Source: a virus
Reading direction: 5' to 3' (one strand)
Length of the DNA stretch: 63,557 nt
Virus record (IMG/VR): IMGVR_UViG_3300045988_164395
Part shown: in pieces, positions 37,692 to 46,988 of the stretch
Layout of the letters: each line of letters opens with the position of its first letter
How positions within the stretch are numbered: position 1 is the stretch's first letter
The notes under the pieces: model-generated
What the model was told of the DNA's origin: nothing
The model's database searches: none
The model's input: the letters and a program-made list of their open reading frames with translations, nothing else
Translations under genes and position numbers: made by a program

Positions 37692-37982
37692 TCATTCCTC
37701 CGTATTTGGTATTAAATCTTTCATATATACCCAAGTCATTACCGTATTCCATATGTGTACTTCGTAGTAGCATAAATCATATTCACCATATATAGTGTTA
37801 ACTAAAAGAAGCTTTCCTGGAACAGGCTTTTCTGTAGAATTATGCCAAACGGTATTTATTCTCCACTTAGCACCTTCCATAAAATCTATCATGCATACTT
37901 GCTCTTTGCCAGATCTCCATATTGGGCGACAAGCTTCATTGGCATATTCTGATGCTGCCTTTTTAATATCCTCTCTTGTCAT
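37692..37982 (-). CDS. Hypothetical protein
   Basis: 96-aa ORF. Confidence 0.45.
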   Translation of the reverse strand: MTREDIKKAASEYANEACRPIWRSGKEQVCMIDFMEGAKWRINTVWHNSTEKPVPGKLLLVNTIYGEYDLCYYEVHIWNTVMTWVYMKDLIPNTEE

Positions 37983-37999
37983 AACTATTTTTTTAATTT

Positions 38000-38653
38000 T
38001 TAATGATACACTCCATGTTCAATCCACCCTCTTTGATTGCATTTTTCGGGTGTAAACAATCCTGTATAAACCATGTATCGATATAAAGTTCCTTTTGATA
38101 CTTTCAGCTTTTTAGCAATATTAGCTTTTTCAGCACCTTTGTCCAATTCTTTCACGATGTACTCATGTTTCTCAACGCATTTAGGATTAAGCCTGCAACG
38201 GAATCCTCGTCGATGGCCCAACTTTACCCCTTCTGCTTTTTTCCGTGCCAATGCTTCTTTAGTACGTTGGCTTATAAGATTGCGCTCAATTTCTGCAGAT
38301 AATCCAAAAGCAAATGCAAGGACCTTACTCTGTATATCCTCACCAAGACGATAATTGTCTTTGATAGTCCATACTCTACACCCCTTTGTCATACAGATAT
38401 TCAAAATCTCCATAATCATGAAAAGGTTTCGTCCAAGACGTGAAAGTTCTGCACTGATAATAAGATCTCCTTTCTTTACACGCTTCAACAATTTACCCAA
38501 CTCCCTTTTGTTATAAGCCTTTGTTCCACTAATTGTTTCTTCTATCCACCCGTCAATGGTTATATTATTTCGCTCACAAAAGTTATTTATTTCAAACCGT
38601 TGATTCTCTACTGTCTGTTTGTCAGTACTCACTCTAATATATCCGTAAATCAT
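38000..38653 (-). CDS. Serine recombinase (resolvase/invertase family)
   Basis: MIYGYIRVSTDKQ (catalytic Ser), plus SRLGRN, AEIERNLISQRTKEAL and a C-terminal HTH. Confidence 0.9.
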   Translation of the reverse strand: MIYGYIRVSTDKQTVENQRFEINNFCERNNITIDGWIEETISGTKAYNKRELGKLLKRVKKGDLIISAELSRLGRNLFMIMEILNICMTKGCRVWTIKDNYRLGEDIQSKVLAFAFGLSAEIERNLISQRTKEALARKKAEGVKLGHRRGFRCRLNPKCVEKHEYIVKELDKGAEKANIAKKLKVSKGTLYRYMVYTGLFTPEKCNQRGWIEHGVYH

Positions 38654-38991
38654 AATGATGTATCATAAATTGCAACTCTAAATCCACTCTGTATCAGGTT
38701 TGTTAATATTTTATCTAACTTACTCATTGGAAAGGATATGACCGAAATATCATCTCCGTTGTGATTGAAATATGTTTCATCAATATTTGAAACCAACCCG
38801 ATATGTGTAGTATCTTCCTTATATGATTCATAATTATTGCCATATCTTATTAAAATGATGGTATTATGGTGTTTGCCTTTCAATCTGTCAAACATTTTTA
38901 ACCTCATAGTCTGAGAACTATTTTCTTCCTTCAACAACTTTTTTATTTCAGAAATAATGAAATCTTCTTTTTCCATCTTTCTCCTTTCCAC
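38650..38991 (-). CDS. MutS domain I-like small protein
   Basis: LIRYGNNYESYKEDT...ISFPMSKLDKILTNLIQSGFRVAIYD resembles, from memory, the MutS N-terminal mismatch-binding domain (F.R.GDFYE...PMAG.P...L...G..VAI.EQ). Confidence 0.4.
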   Translation of the reverse strand: MERRKMEKEDFIISEIKKLLKEENSSQTMRLKMFDRLKGKHHNTIILIRYGNNYESYKEDTTHIGLVSNIDETYFNHNGDDISVISFPMSKLDKILTNLIQSGFRVAIYDTSL

Positions 38992-39054
38992 CTACCCCAG
39001 CAGCCACCACATGACTGCCAGGAACAAGTAATATAGTTTCGTTTTACTCATTAT

Positions 39055-40044
39055 TTATTTTTGTATTATCACAGCAGTTGTTTCTATCCCTGTACCACTT
39101 TGTTTGAACGAACCTTCTTCGATGTCACAGACCTTAGCGTGTACATCTTTCAACCACTCTCTAAAATCAGCACATTCTTTCTCGCTCGCAATTTTCCAGT
39201 GGCAACTCATAATAGCTGCTACAGTACCACCATTATTAAGATGTTCATACATTCTTCTCACATGTCTTATATCTTGATTTTTACTAAATGGTGGATTTGC
39301 TATAATCTTATCGTATAATCCTAGATCATATGTTGTAAAGTCATCGCCAAGAATATTAATATTGCTTTTCTTTGATAGGAGTTCCTTGTTTTCAGGCATC
39401 AGTTCAAAGCAGTCCACGACTAAATCCTTACAACTACGATGTATTGCGTCTATTATAGCTCCTGTTCCTGCGCTTGGTTCCAACACCTTTTCATCTTCAT
39501 GTACCCCTCCAGCCAGCATCACAAGCCAGTCGGCTACTTCAGGAGGAGTGGCAAAGAACTGAAACTCCTGTTGTAAATTACATCTTTTACCTTCATGTAA
39601 TATATTAAATACTCTTTCAGCATTGAAAGGAAACGTAAATCCCTGCACCTTATCGCCTTGCCAGCTCCCTCCGGCTTCCTCAATCCATTTTTTAGCTTCC
39701 GCATAGGATTTCTTATTAAACTGAACCTGAGGTAATTTCATAATATTATTTTCTAAGGTACAATGCATAAGTATTTCCTCAACACTCCATTTACTGCCAG
39801 TATCATCCTTTCTACTATTTACTTCAACTGCATTAGGAGCAAGTAGAGTGGATATAGAATTTACCACGATGTTACTTACTGACATAAACTCATTGATGCA
39901 AATAAGTGCATCCATAAGAAATTTCATATCTACATGTCCTGTTTCAGTATATACATCAATTCCATCAACAGCAGTTTTTATATCCTTTAGCTGAGCTACG
40001 CTACCACGTAACAGAGCGATTAAATTCTCTTTTTTGTTCGTCAT
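39055..40044 (-). CDS. N6-adenine DNA methyltransferase
   Basis: Motif I VLEPSAGTGAI and motif IV IIANPPF. Confidence 0.8.
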   Translation of the reverse strand: MTNKKENLIALLRGSVAQLKDIKTAVDGIDVYTETGHVDMKFLMDALICINEFMSVSNIVVNSISTLLAPNAVEVNSRKDDTGSKWSVEEILMHCTLENNIMKLPQVQFNKKSYAEAKKWIEEAGGSWQGDKVQGFTFPFNAERVFNILHEGKRCNLQQEFQFFATPPEVADWLVMLAGGVHEDEKVLEPSAGTGAIIDAIHRSCKDLVVDCFELMPENKELLSKKSNINILGDDFTTYDLGLYDKIIANPPFSKNQDIRHVRRMYEHLNNGGTVAAIMSCHWKIASEKECADFREWLKDVHAKVCDIEEGSFKQSGTGIETTAVIIQK

Positions 40045-41116
40045 AAGATTTCTGTAAATATATTCTTGTTGTATCTATACTTCCATGACCAAGTAGTTCA
40101 GCAAGCTGAACAACATCCTTATTCTTCTTTAGAAACATCTTAGCAAAAAAGTGGCGAAAGGCATGAGGGTGCATCTTACTTTTGTCTATACCGCATTTTA
40201 TCCCCCACTCTTGCATATTGATGTATAATCCTCTACTGGTTATAGGTCCGAATCTACCCATTGCAAGATGTCCGCTTCTCCCGGTTTCAGAAACGTGCTT
40301 TCTGACTTCATTCTGTAAATTTTTATTAAAGAAGAACCGTCTGTACTTACCACCCTTACCTTTCAGAATAACTTCACCGCTAATAATATCCTCCCATTGA
40401 AGTTGAAGAAATTCAGAAGCACGTGCTCCTGTTGTTGCAAGAACTTTAAGCCAATAGTAATGGTCTTTATTCTTCTTTGTTTTAAGATATTCCAAAAGTC
40501 TTGTATATTCTTCCTCTGTAGGTATATTGTCTGTTTGCAACTTCCTAGGAATCTTAGGACGTTTCATTTTGATGGGTTTCCCAAGATACTCAGCGTATTT
40601 TTCAAGACCTGTTATTCTAAGACATAAAGTCTTCGGGTTGAATTTCTGTTCCTCAAGACTCCTTATATACCTTTTAGACTGTTCCAATGAAAATTCATTA
40701 GAGTATTTGAAAAAGTCTTTAATAGTGTGTATGTAAGACTTAGCAGTATTATCCGAATAATCATTCTCTGTCTGAAGCCAATCAAGATACTTGTTAATCT
40801 GTATCTTGTTTTTATCGTTAATAGTTTCCAGTTTTTCCAATGGTTTGACTTTCTTAATGCTTTTCTTACGGAATCCAACACCTATAAAAGTTAAGAAGTC
40901 AAGAATAGCTTCCTTCTGATGATTGTCATACAGTCTGTCTGTCAAGTGACTATTAATAAAATCTTTATATGTTCTTTTATTATATTCAGAAGTGCTATTT
41001 ATGTAAGACTGTACATGTCGTAAAAATTCTGTTTTCAATCGAAAGCTCTTACCTGATGTTAGTATATATTCGGAATACTTGAAAAATATATCTTCCTTAT
41101 TATTAAACGTTTTCAT
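40001..41116 (-). CDS. Tyrosine recombinase (XerC/D-like), third in the genome
   Basis: TGARASEF...HPHAFRHFFA...LGHGSIDTTRIY. It overlaps the methyltransferase start by 44 nt. Confidence 0.85.
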   Translation of the reverse strand: MKTFNNKEDIFFKYSEYILTSGKSFRLKTEFLRHVQSYINSTSEYNKRTYKDFINSHLTDRLYDNHQKEAILDFLTFIGVGFRKKSIKKVKPLEKLETINDKNKIQINKYLDWLQTENDYSDNTAKSYIHTIKDFFKYSNEFSLEQSKRYIRSLEEQKFNPKTLCLRITGLEKYAEYLGKPIKMKRPKIPRKLQTDNIPTEEEYTRLLEYLKTKKNKDHYYWLKVLATTGARASEFLQLQWEDIISGEVILKGKGGKYRRFFFNKNLQNEVRKHVSETGRSGHLAMGRFGPITSRGLYINMQEWGIKCGIDKSKMHPHAFRHFFAKMFLKKNKDVVQLAELLGHGSIDTTRIYLQKSYDEQKREFNRSVTW

Positions 41117-41625
41117 TGATTATTCCTCCTTCTTTCTACAAGTTGTTCAAGCCTCTTTTCGCATTCTGCACACTCGAGTTTCTTGCGCTCCAGCTTGTCA
41201 CGGAACTTAACCAGCTCCTCGTCCGTATTCTCGTCAAAGAACAGATTGTTCTGGCGATTGTACTCGATGTATTCACGCATCATTTTTTCAGCTTTCGACA
41301 CCTTTGCCTTAGCGGAAATCAGTTTCCTAAGACAACTGTCAAACATCAGTTCTCCAGAGCGTTTGTCATAAAAGGAAATACTTGAATACACACAATATCT
41401 TGGATATTTGCACTGTAACTTTGCAATCCTCCAACGAATAACCCAATCATATTTGAAATACATTTCTCTTGGCAAATCATACGTATATAGAATTACATAG
41501 TTCCCATTATCATCATGATATTGAATGGTAACATGAAACCAAGACTCGACCTTCAATTCCCTTTCTGCCTTGGCTTCATACTTAGCCATCTCATAATAAT
41601 CACTTAAACTTTCCTGCTTTCCCAT
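41113..41625 (-). CDS. Hypothetical protein
   Basis: 170 aa with a coiled-coil C-terminus. Confidence 0.5.
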   Translation of the reverse strand: MGKQESLSDYYEMAKYEAKAERELKVESWFHVTIQYHDDNGNYVILYTYDLPREMYFKYDWVIRWRIAKLQCKYPRYCVYSSISFYDKRSGELMFDSCLRKLISAKAKVSKAEKMMREYIEYNRQNNLFFDENTDEELVKFRDKLERKKLECAECEKRLEQLVERRRNNQ

Positions 41626-41626
41626 A

Positions 41627-41875
41627 TCAGAATAACTTTAATTGAACTGGTTGCTTACCTCTCTTTGCCATCGTTCTGGCATAACGAGGACATATACTTT
41701 TATAAGGGCAATTCCCTGACTTTGCAGCAAGAAAACGGGCATGTGATGCTTCCCACGATTTGTCCTCTTCATGGAATGAGAAAAGATGAAAATCCATACA
41801 GTTCCAACTGCTGTTATCCATATCCTGCTTTTCATCTATAAGTTCTACAAGCCCATTATTTTGTGGTTTTCCCAT
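41627..41875 (-). CDS. Hypothetical small protein (start uncertain)
   Basis: The ORF runs to 41914. The internal ATG at 41875 reduces overlap with the upstream gene. Confidence 0.35.
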   Translation of the reverse strand: MGKPQNNGLVELIDEKQDMDNSSWNCMDFHLFSFHEEDKSWEASHARFLAAKSGNCPYKSICPRYARTMAKRGKQPVQLKLF

Positions 41876-42479
41876 GTTCAAACGAATTAAACTTACATTC
41901 TTTCTTTGGATCAATTATATGGAAGCGTTTTAGATATTCTTTTGCTTCGGGATTTTCGCTTGATTCTAGTGCTTCGATAAGTATTTGTCTTTCTGGATCG
42001 GTAGGTTTTCTTATCCATTTTCCCCCATCAGAAGTTCCGTCAAAATCTATTGGGAAATAATTTTCTTCATCACATCTAAGACATACTGTTACATAATCTT
42101 CTGTAAGAATATTAATATCGTCAACTTCTACGCTTTTAAGTATAGTTATCCATTCACAAAATTCCCCATCATCAGATTTCCATCCAAGAGTAGCAATATC
42201 ACCATCCTTAAAGGTCATGTATTCGGGGATTTCAAGCATGAGGTCAACAGATGATTCTTCGTTTATAAAAATAATACCGTCAGGAGTATATGTTCTGACG
42301 CTCTCAGCATTGTATTCATTAGGGAAAAGAGCTACAATTGAGTCTTTTCTTTTAGCATCGAAACATACAATTCTTACACATCTTCCATCTCGTGTTACGA
42401 TTTTACCTTCACACTCTTTATTTGTAATTTTCTTTGCCAATTCCACGTCAAAAGGCACTTTTACTAATTTATGCTCCAT
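41856..42479 (-). CDS. Hypothetical protein (start moved to MEHKLVKV)
   Basis: The ATG at 42479 leaves only an 11-nt overlap with the upstream stop. Confidence 0.45.
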   Translation of the reverse strand: MEHKLVKVPFDVELAKKITNKECEGKIVTRDGRCVRIVCFDAKRKDSIVALFPNEYNAESVRTYTPDGIIFINEESSVDLMLEIPEYMTFKDGDIATLGWKSDDGEFCEWITILKSVEVDDINILTEDYVTVCLRCDEENYFPIDFDGTSDGGKWIRKPTDPERQILIEALESSENPEAKEYLKRFHIIDPKKECKFNSFEHGKTTK

Positions 42480-43242
42480 ATTTTTCTGACATTTTTTTGA
42501 TAAACAATCTGGAAGAGTAATTAAGATATGACTGCCAACATCCATTATAGCCGGACCATCTGAAACCGTTTTTCTTCAATTCATCCCTAACTGATTGATC
42601 AGGTTTACCATCGAAGAAAAGTTGCATCCTGTTCTCTGGATAATTCTCAACCACTTTTACATCACCGATGTAATATTCTTTGCTCTGCATGTTTTTCAGC
42701 ATCTTTGCCTTTTCAAGCTGTTGCTTAACCCTTCGAATATTGGCTCCGTTATTTGTAATAGAGCATGATGCAAATCCAATTTCACCAAAACAGTTAGGTT
42801 CAAACAGTTTTCTGACTTGACTCTCGGTTAAACCAAGTTCAACAAGCCGGTCATGCTTCTCTAATTCGGTAATTTTCTTTGAACGGATAACCTTGTTTGC
42901 AGACTTCATCAGTTCCTGAACTCTTTCAAGTTCCTTCAGCTTGTTTGCCAGCTTCTCAACTGCATTATCATCATCCAGGTAAATGGAAGTGTTGTTCTCC
43001 ACAGCTGAGGCTTTTTCAGCCCAATATTCTGACTTTTCCGTGTGTTTTACAGACTGTCCCATGGTGTTCCATATTTTTTCACGGTATCGCCTGTCTGCTG
43101 CACCATGTACCGGTTGCCCAAATGGGATTGCTTCACTCATATTTGAACTTCTCTCATAGGCATTTCTTGCCTTTTCCGCTGATTTCTCAGAGAGGTCACG
43201 GTATCTCTCTGCTCGAACGCGGTTACGTTCATCTCTGTCCAT
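42469..43242 (-). CDS. DUF3560-like protein
   Basis: RAERYRDLSEKSAEKARNAYERSSNMSEAIPFGQPV resembles, from memory, the DUF3560 N-terminal pattern. It is the first gene after promoter P2. Confidence 0.5.
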   Translation of the reverse strand: MDRDERNRVRAERYRDLSEKSAEKARNAYERSSNMSEAIPFGQPVHGAADRRYREKIWNTMGQSVKHTEKSEYWAEKASAVENNTSIYLDDDNAVEKLANKLKELERVQELMKSANKVIRSKKITELEKHDRLVELGLTESQVRKLFEPNCFGEIGFASCSITNNGANIRRVKQQLEKAKMLKNMQSKEYYIGDVKVVENYPENRMQLFFDGKPDQSVRDELKKNGFRWSGYNGCWQSYLNYSSRLFIKKMSEKYGA

Positions 43243-43333
43243 AATGTTAATTTGTTTTGGTTTGACTTTTATTTTATTATACTATAAAGTTAGTGATTTT
43301 CAACAAGTTAAACAAACAGAATCTTCACCATTT
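43243..43333 (-). promoter_or_regulatory. Repeated promoter cassette P2
   Basis: On the minus strand, GGCGTAAAAATGGTGAAGATTCTGTTTGTTTAAC...TAACTTTATAGTATAATAAAATAAAAGTCAAACC. Confidence 0.6.
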
Positions 43334-43651
43334 TTACGCCATTTTCATCATTCTGTATCTGTTTGAGGTACATATCCTGCAATAAGAAGAATACGTATAA
43401 TAGATCTTATTTCCTCTTATAATTTTCTTAGGGTAAAACCACCTAAGAGGAAGAAACTTTCCGCAAACGGAACATCGTCTTAATGTCACTCCGTTTTCCT
43501 CACGAACATTATGACGAACATGATTCTTGATAAGAGTGCAATTCTGACAATGCTTTTCCTTATCCCGAAATGCCCGACACCAATGCAAAGAACGCTCTCC
43601 ACATTTAGCGAATCTCTTGCAACTCGCTATTGGAATAGGTAATATGCTCAT
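43334..43651 (-). CDS. Cys-rich (zinc-binding) small protein
   Basis: 105 aa with several CxxC pairs. Confidence 0.45.
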   Translation of the reverse strand: MSILPIPIASCKRFAKCGERSLHWCRAFRDKEKHCQNCTLIKNHVRHNVREENGVTLRRCSVCGKFLPLRWFYPKKIIRGNKIYYTYSSYCRICTSNRYRMMKMA

Positions 43652-43899
43652 ATCGTTATCAATTTATCAAAGTCCTTACCATAAATGATGTAAACTCCAC
43701 GTTTCCGGAGTTCAGCTACCAGCTGATCATTGGTGTATCTGGCCAGCCGACCATGAAGTCTGTCCTGCTTTCTTCTTTCAGACGTGTGTCTGCTCTCACA
43801 TAACCGGCACCTGCTGGTGTAATGGATGCCGGATTTCGTTTCATAGGCGTGGAATCTGCTCTCAGGAAGAATCCGGCCACACTCTATACATTCTTTCAT
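43648..43899 (-). CDS. Zinc-ribbon small protein
   Basis: 83 aa with CIECG...CRLCE. Confidence 0.45.
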   Translation of the reverse strand: MKECIECGRILPESRFHAYETKSGIHYTSRCRLCESRHTSERRKQDRLHGRLARYTNDQLVAELRKRGVYIIYGKDFDKLITI

Positions 43900-45206
43900 G
43901 ATGCAGCCCTCCTCATAATCTCATACATATTCTTTTCTACTATCCTGATAATCTGTTTATGGTAATCACTATCTTGGTTACATACACCACGAGATTGCAC
44001 TATCTTGAATGTATTCAGATTTACCTCGATTGTTTCCAAGCGTTTTCCATTCTTCTTAGCGGATAACACAAGGCTTTCTTTTCTTGCATAATAGGCACAG
44101 TTATATACACAGTGGTGCATTGTTTTCCACTCTTGATAATACTGGGTAACGCTTTCCAAAGGGCTGATAACTATACACTCATCCTTTATCTGTAGACCGA
44201 GGAATGGCTGTATCCTTTTCCAAAAAACAGCAATGTTTCGTTTCAGTTCCTTCTCTTTCTTCATGCGTTCAATCCTTTCACGTTCCATCCTTTCCCTTGC
44301 CTCTATCTTTCTCTTCTTCTCAAGTAGCTTATCATGTGCTTTCTTCAGGTTCTTCGGGCATACATAGTGAGCGTTATGGGTATCCAAATGGAAATAATCA
44401 AGTAGACGCAAATAATCGTCATACATCGAACCGTCCTTGATGATATATCCGTTACGATTGCATATATTGACCGCCCACGGATGGGAAAGACCTCCACGAT
44501 ACATGTATAACTCAAGCATACCATACTGTTTCGTCTTCAGTAGCATTTCCGCATACTTGCTTTCACCTAACAAAGCACGTATCAACATCCCAGGAGTAAC
44601 ACAATGAAACGAAGTACGTAATCCGTTTCTTCGTAGTATAGGGAGTAGCTTTACTTTCGGATATACATAACCGTCTATGTCATACGAATGTGAATAATAT
44701 ATATTTCCGCTCTGCTTGATACTCATGTCTGTAGTGTGAACCCAACCTCTAGACCCCATGTTCATGGCTTTAGCTATAACAGTTTCTTTGTTATCAGCAG
44801 TTATCCACTGTTGGCACACCTCATCAATGAAATAATGAGTATCACAATTGTTCTTCCTCACATACTTGGCTGTGTAGAAGTGGCGAAGCACTTGAAAATC
44901 TCCTGATGTGGTAACTACTGTCAGATAGCTTACTGCATAATCCTTAGTCTTACGGCTTACTTTCACTTCCAATTTTTCTCCGCAATAAGGACAGTATATG
45001 TAACCTTCCTTCTGTCCAGTAGTGTCTACCCACATTCTTCCACATTCACTGCACCACATTTCGTCCTTACATTTGTAAGCGTTTTGCGGAAAGCAATGCT
45101 TCTTTCCCCACCGTATCTGGGCTTCTGTAATAGCTGGCAGCTTACTGCTGAGTTCAACTACCAGCCTTTCACGTTTATTTCTCGGTTTCATGTTACATTT
45201 CATCAA
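43896..45206 (-). CDS. PcfJ-like protein
   Basis: The C-terminal WKTMHHCVYNCAYYARKESLVLSAK...RLETIEV resembles the PcfJ domain. It follows a PcfK-like gene, which is the usual pairing. Confidence 0.55.
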   Translation of the reverse strand: MMKCNMKPRNKRERLVVELSSKLPAITEAQIRWGKKHCFPQNAYKCKDEMWCSECGRMWVDTTGQKEGYIYCPYCGEKLEVKVSRKTKDYAVSYLTVVTTSGDFQVLRHFYTAKYVRKNNCDTHYFIDEVCQQWITADNKETVIAKAMNMGSRGWVHTTDMSIKQSGNIYYSHSYDIDGYVYPKVKLLPILRRNGLRTSFHCVTPGMLIRALLGESKYAEMLLKTKQYGMLELYMYRGGLSHPWAVNICNRNGYIIKDGSMYDDYLRLLDYFHLDTHNAHYVCPKNLKKAHDKLLEKKRKIEARERMERERIERMKKEKELKRNIAVFWKRIQPFLGLQIKDECIVISPLESVTQYYQEWKTMHHCVYNCAYYARKESLVLSAKKNGKRLETIEVNLNTFKIVQSRGVCNQDSDYHKQIIRIVEKNMYEIMRRAAS

Positions 45207-45537
45207 GTAAGTCCATTATACTCTCTGCCTTAGAAGCCTGTTCCATTTTAGCAGATGTTTCCTCAGATACAGAAGCGACAGAAACTTTACACTCCGGGAC
45301 ATTATCAGGAACTTTTATTCCAAGTTCATCAAAAAAATGTACAGCAAGACCAAAAACCTCATCATCCGTCATGCATACGCTACTACCTCTCTTTCTTGCT
45401 TCAGAAAGTATATAGTTAAAGCAGTCATCAATAGTTTTCCCACAATTATTATATTTCTCAGCAAATACAATATCTTCTTTTGCCTTTTTATCAAGATGAT
45501 TCTTGATAAGCATCTTGGCATCACATTTGTTACTCAT
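45193..45537 (-). CDS. PcfK-like protein (start moved to MSNKCDAK)
   Basis: KNHLDKKAKEDIVFAEKYNNCGKTIDDCFNYILSEARK resembles PcfK. The longer ORF start would overlap the upstream gene. Confidence 0.5.
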   Translation of the reverse strand: MSNKCDAKMLIKNHLDKKAKEDIVFAEKYNNCGKTIDDCFNYILSEARKRGSSVCMTDDEVFGLAVHFFDELGIKVPDNVPECKVSVASVSEETSAKMEQASKAESIMDLLDEM

Positions 45538-45604
45538 ATCTTCAATATTTTTCTTAGTTTGACTTTTATAAAATAAGAATGCCACGACTATGCGTGGCAT
45601 CCGG

Positions 45605-46135
45605 TTATACAAGATTATCGAACAGTCCAGGAATTCTGGGTTCCAAAGCTTCAAGCTCATCCCTGAAGAACTGTTCCTTTGTTCTTCCCATTTTCTTGCC
45701 TTTTCGGGTATGTACATCAAAAGTATACGGAGGAATCATTATCGGGCTTTTGCGGACATCCTCAATCCACCTCTCAACATCTATCAGATTTCTGTCATAT
45801 ATGAAGTTCTGCAGGTGGTCGGCATCCCTGCACTTTCGGCATTCACAAAGTAGTATTACTGCCTTGCTAACAAAGATTCTTCCCTTATCCTCAGTTCCTC
45901 CTTTACTCACAAGCTCATGTCCCTGCCATAAGGATTCAATCTCAGACGTAACCAATCCATAGCAATCTTCAGCAGAAATCGTATATAGACGCTTCCACAC
46001 ATAATCCTTATAACCACTGGTCCACAACTCGAGAGCAAAGTATCCGGCAACGGCAGTATCAGCCCTTCTTACAGCTTTCTGCATTGCTGAAGATGCTTCA
46101 AAAAAATCATATCCTCTAACGGTTCTAATAATCAT
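45605..46135 (-). CDS. MgsA/RarA C-terminal-domain-like protein
   Basis: FFEASSAMQKAVRRADTAVAGYFALELWTSG...KRLYTISAEDCYG parallels the MgsA_C pattern (SA.QKS.RGSD.DAA.Y...L...GD...RRL...A.EDIG). Confidence 0.45.
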   Translation of the reverse strand: MIIRTVRGYDFFEASSAMQKAVRRADTAVAGYFALELWTSGYKDYVWKRLYTISAEDCYGLVTSEIESLWQGHELVSKGGTEDKGRIFVSKAVILLCECRKCRDADHLQNFIYDRNLIDVERWIEDVRKSPIMIPPYTFDVHTRKGKKMGRTKEQFFRDELEALEPRIPGLFDNLV

Positions 46136-46226
46136 AACAACTTGACTTTTATTGTTTTACATCAGTAAAGTTAAATCAGAATGACAAGTTTAGCAAACAG
46201 AAACTTCGCCATTTTTACGCCTTTTT
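46136..46226 (-). promoter_or_regulatory. Repeated promoter cassette P3
   Basis: On the minus strand, TTTG (rc of 46194-46197), a 20-nt spacer, then TAACTTTA (rc of 46166-46173). The leader is AATAAAAGTCAAG. Confidence 0.65.
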
Positions 46227-46988
46227 TCAGTACCTAAACTTGCATGTTATATTGTACTGAACAAGCTGTTTTGTCTTATCTTTCCCGTTATTGGTTGAAC
46301 CTTTTAAGTTGATACTGTCACCGAAATGTTTCTTGATTAACATGATGGATCGTTGTTCCTCAGCCTGATTACGGAATGCAGCAAGACCTCCTGAATTTAC
46401 GAAAGTGGATTTCTGCTCAAAATTGTACCTCAGATCAGTAAGTATCTTTCTTTCCTTGTACTTCATGTAACAGGAAATCCAAAAATCTTCCTTGAGCCTC
46501 AGTTCCTCATTCCACCATGTATTCTTGTTGTAGAACACACCGTATGAGCATCCGGTAATCATTTTAGAAAGTGACAGAAAGCCGGTTTCATCATACATGA
46601 CAGGAGATATGCGTGCAGTAAACCCGAACAGATGAACATCCAGCATCTCAGCAATTTCGGCAAGGTTGAATATGATACGAGTTATCTCGTTCTTATCTTT
46701 AATCCTTGATGGTTCGCCTTTCTCTACACAGATAGATTTGCAGGCGTGAACATCATCATCCAGCATGAACAGGTTCCTGAAATGCTTAGCCATCCAGTTA
46801 CGTTTGGGGATAAGACCAACAACATCGTCAGGATGGGTGACTATCTCACAGTCTGGATTGAACTGGCGGTACAGGTCCGCCTGACTCTCTGCAACGCAGA
46901 TTATAGGATCGTTCACAAGTTTTTTTGCAAAGACCCTGTCATGTCTCTTATGACTTGGTATTACGATTCTCAATTGCATGGCGTACAT
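46227..46988 (-). CDS. Possible GT-A-like glycosyltransferase
   Basis: IVIPSHKR near the N-terminus and FMLDDDV (DxD-like). This is weak motif-level evidence only. Confidence 0.3.
   Translation of the reverse strand: MYAMQLRIVIPSHKRHDRVFAKKLVNDPIICVAESQADLYRQFNPDCEIVTHPDDVVGLIPKRNWMAKHFRNLFMLDDDVHACKSICVEKGEPSRIKDKNEITRIIFNLAEIAEMLDVHLFGFTARISPVMYDETGFLSLSKMITGCSYGVFYNKNTWWNEELRLKEDFWISCYMKYKERKILTDLRYNFEQKSTFVNSGGLAAFRNQAEEQRSIMLIKKHFGDSINLKGSTNNGKDKTKQLVQYNITCKFRY

Noticed and set aside
45538-45720. The long N-terminal extension of the PcfK-like ORF, which overlaps gene 45605..46135.
   Set aside because: The extension has no family resemblance and overlaps the upstream gene by 116 nt. The ATG at 45537 begins the conserved part.
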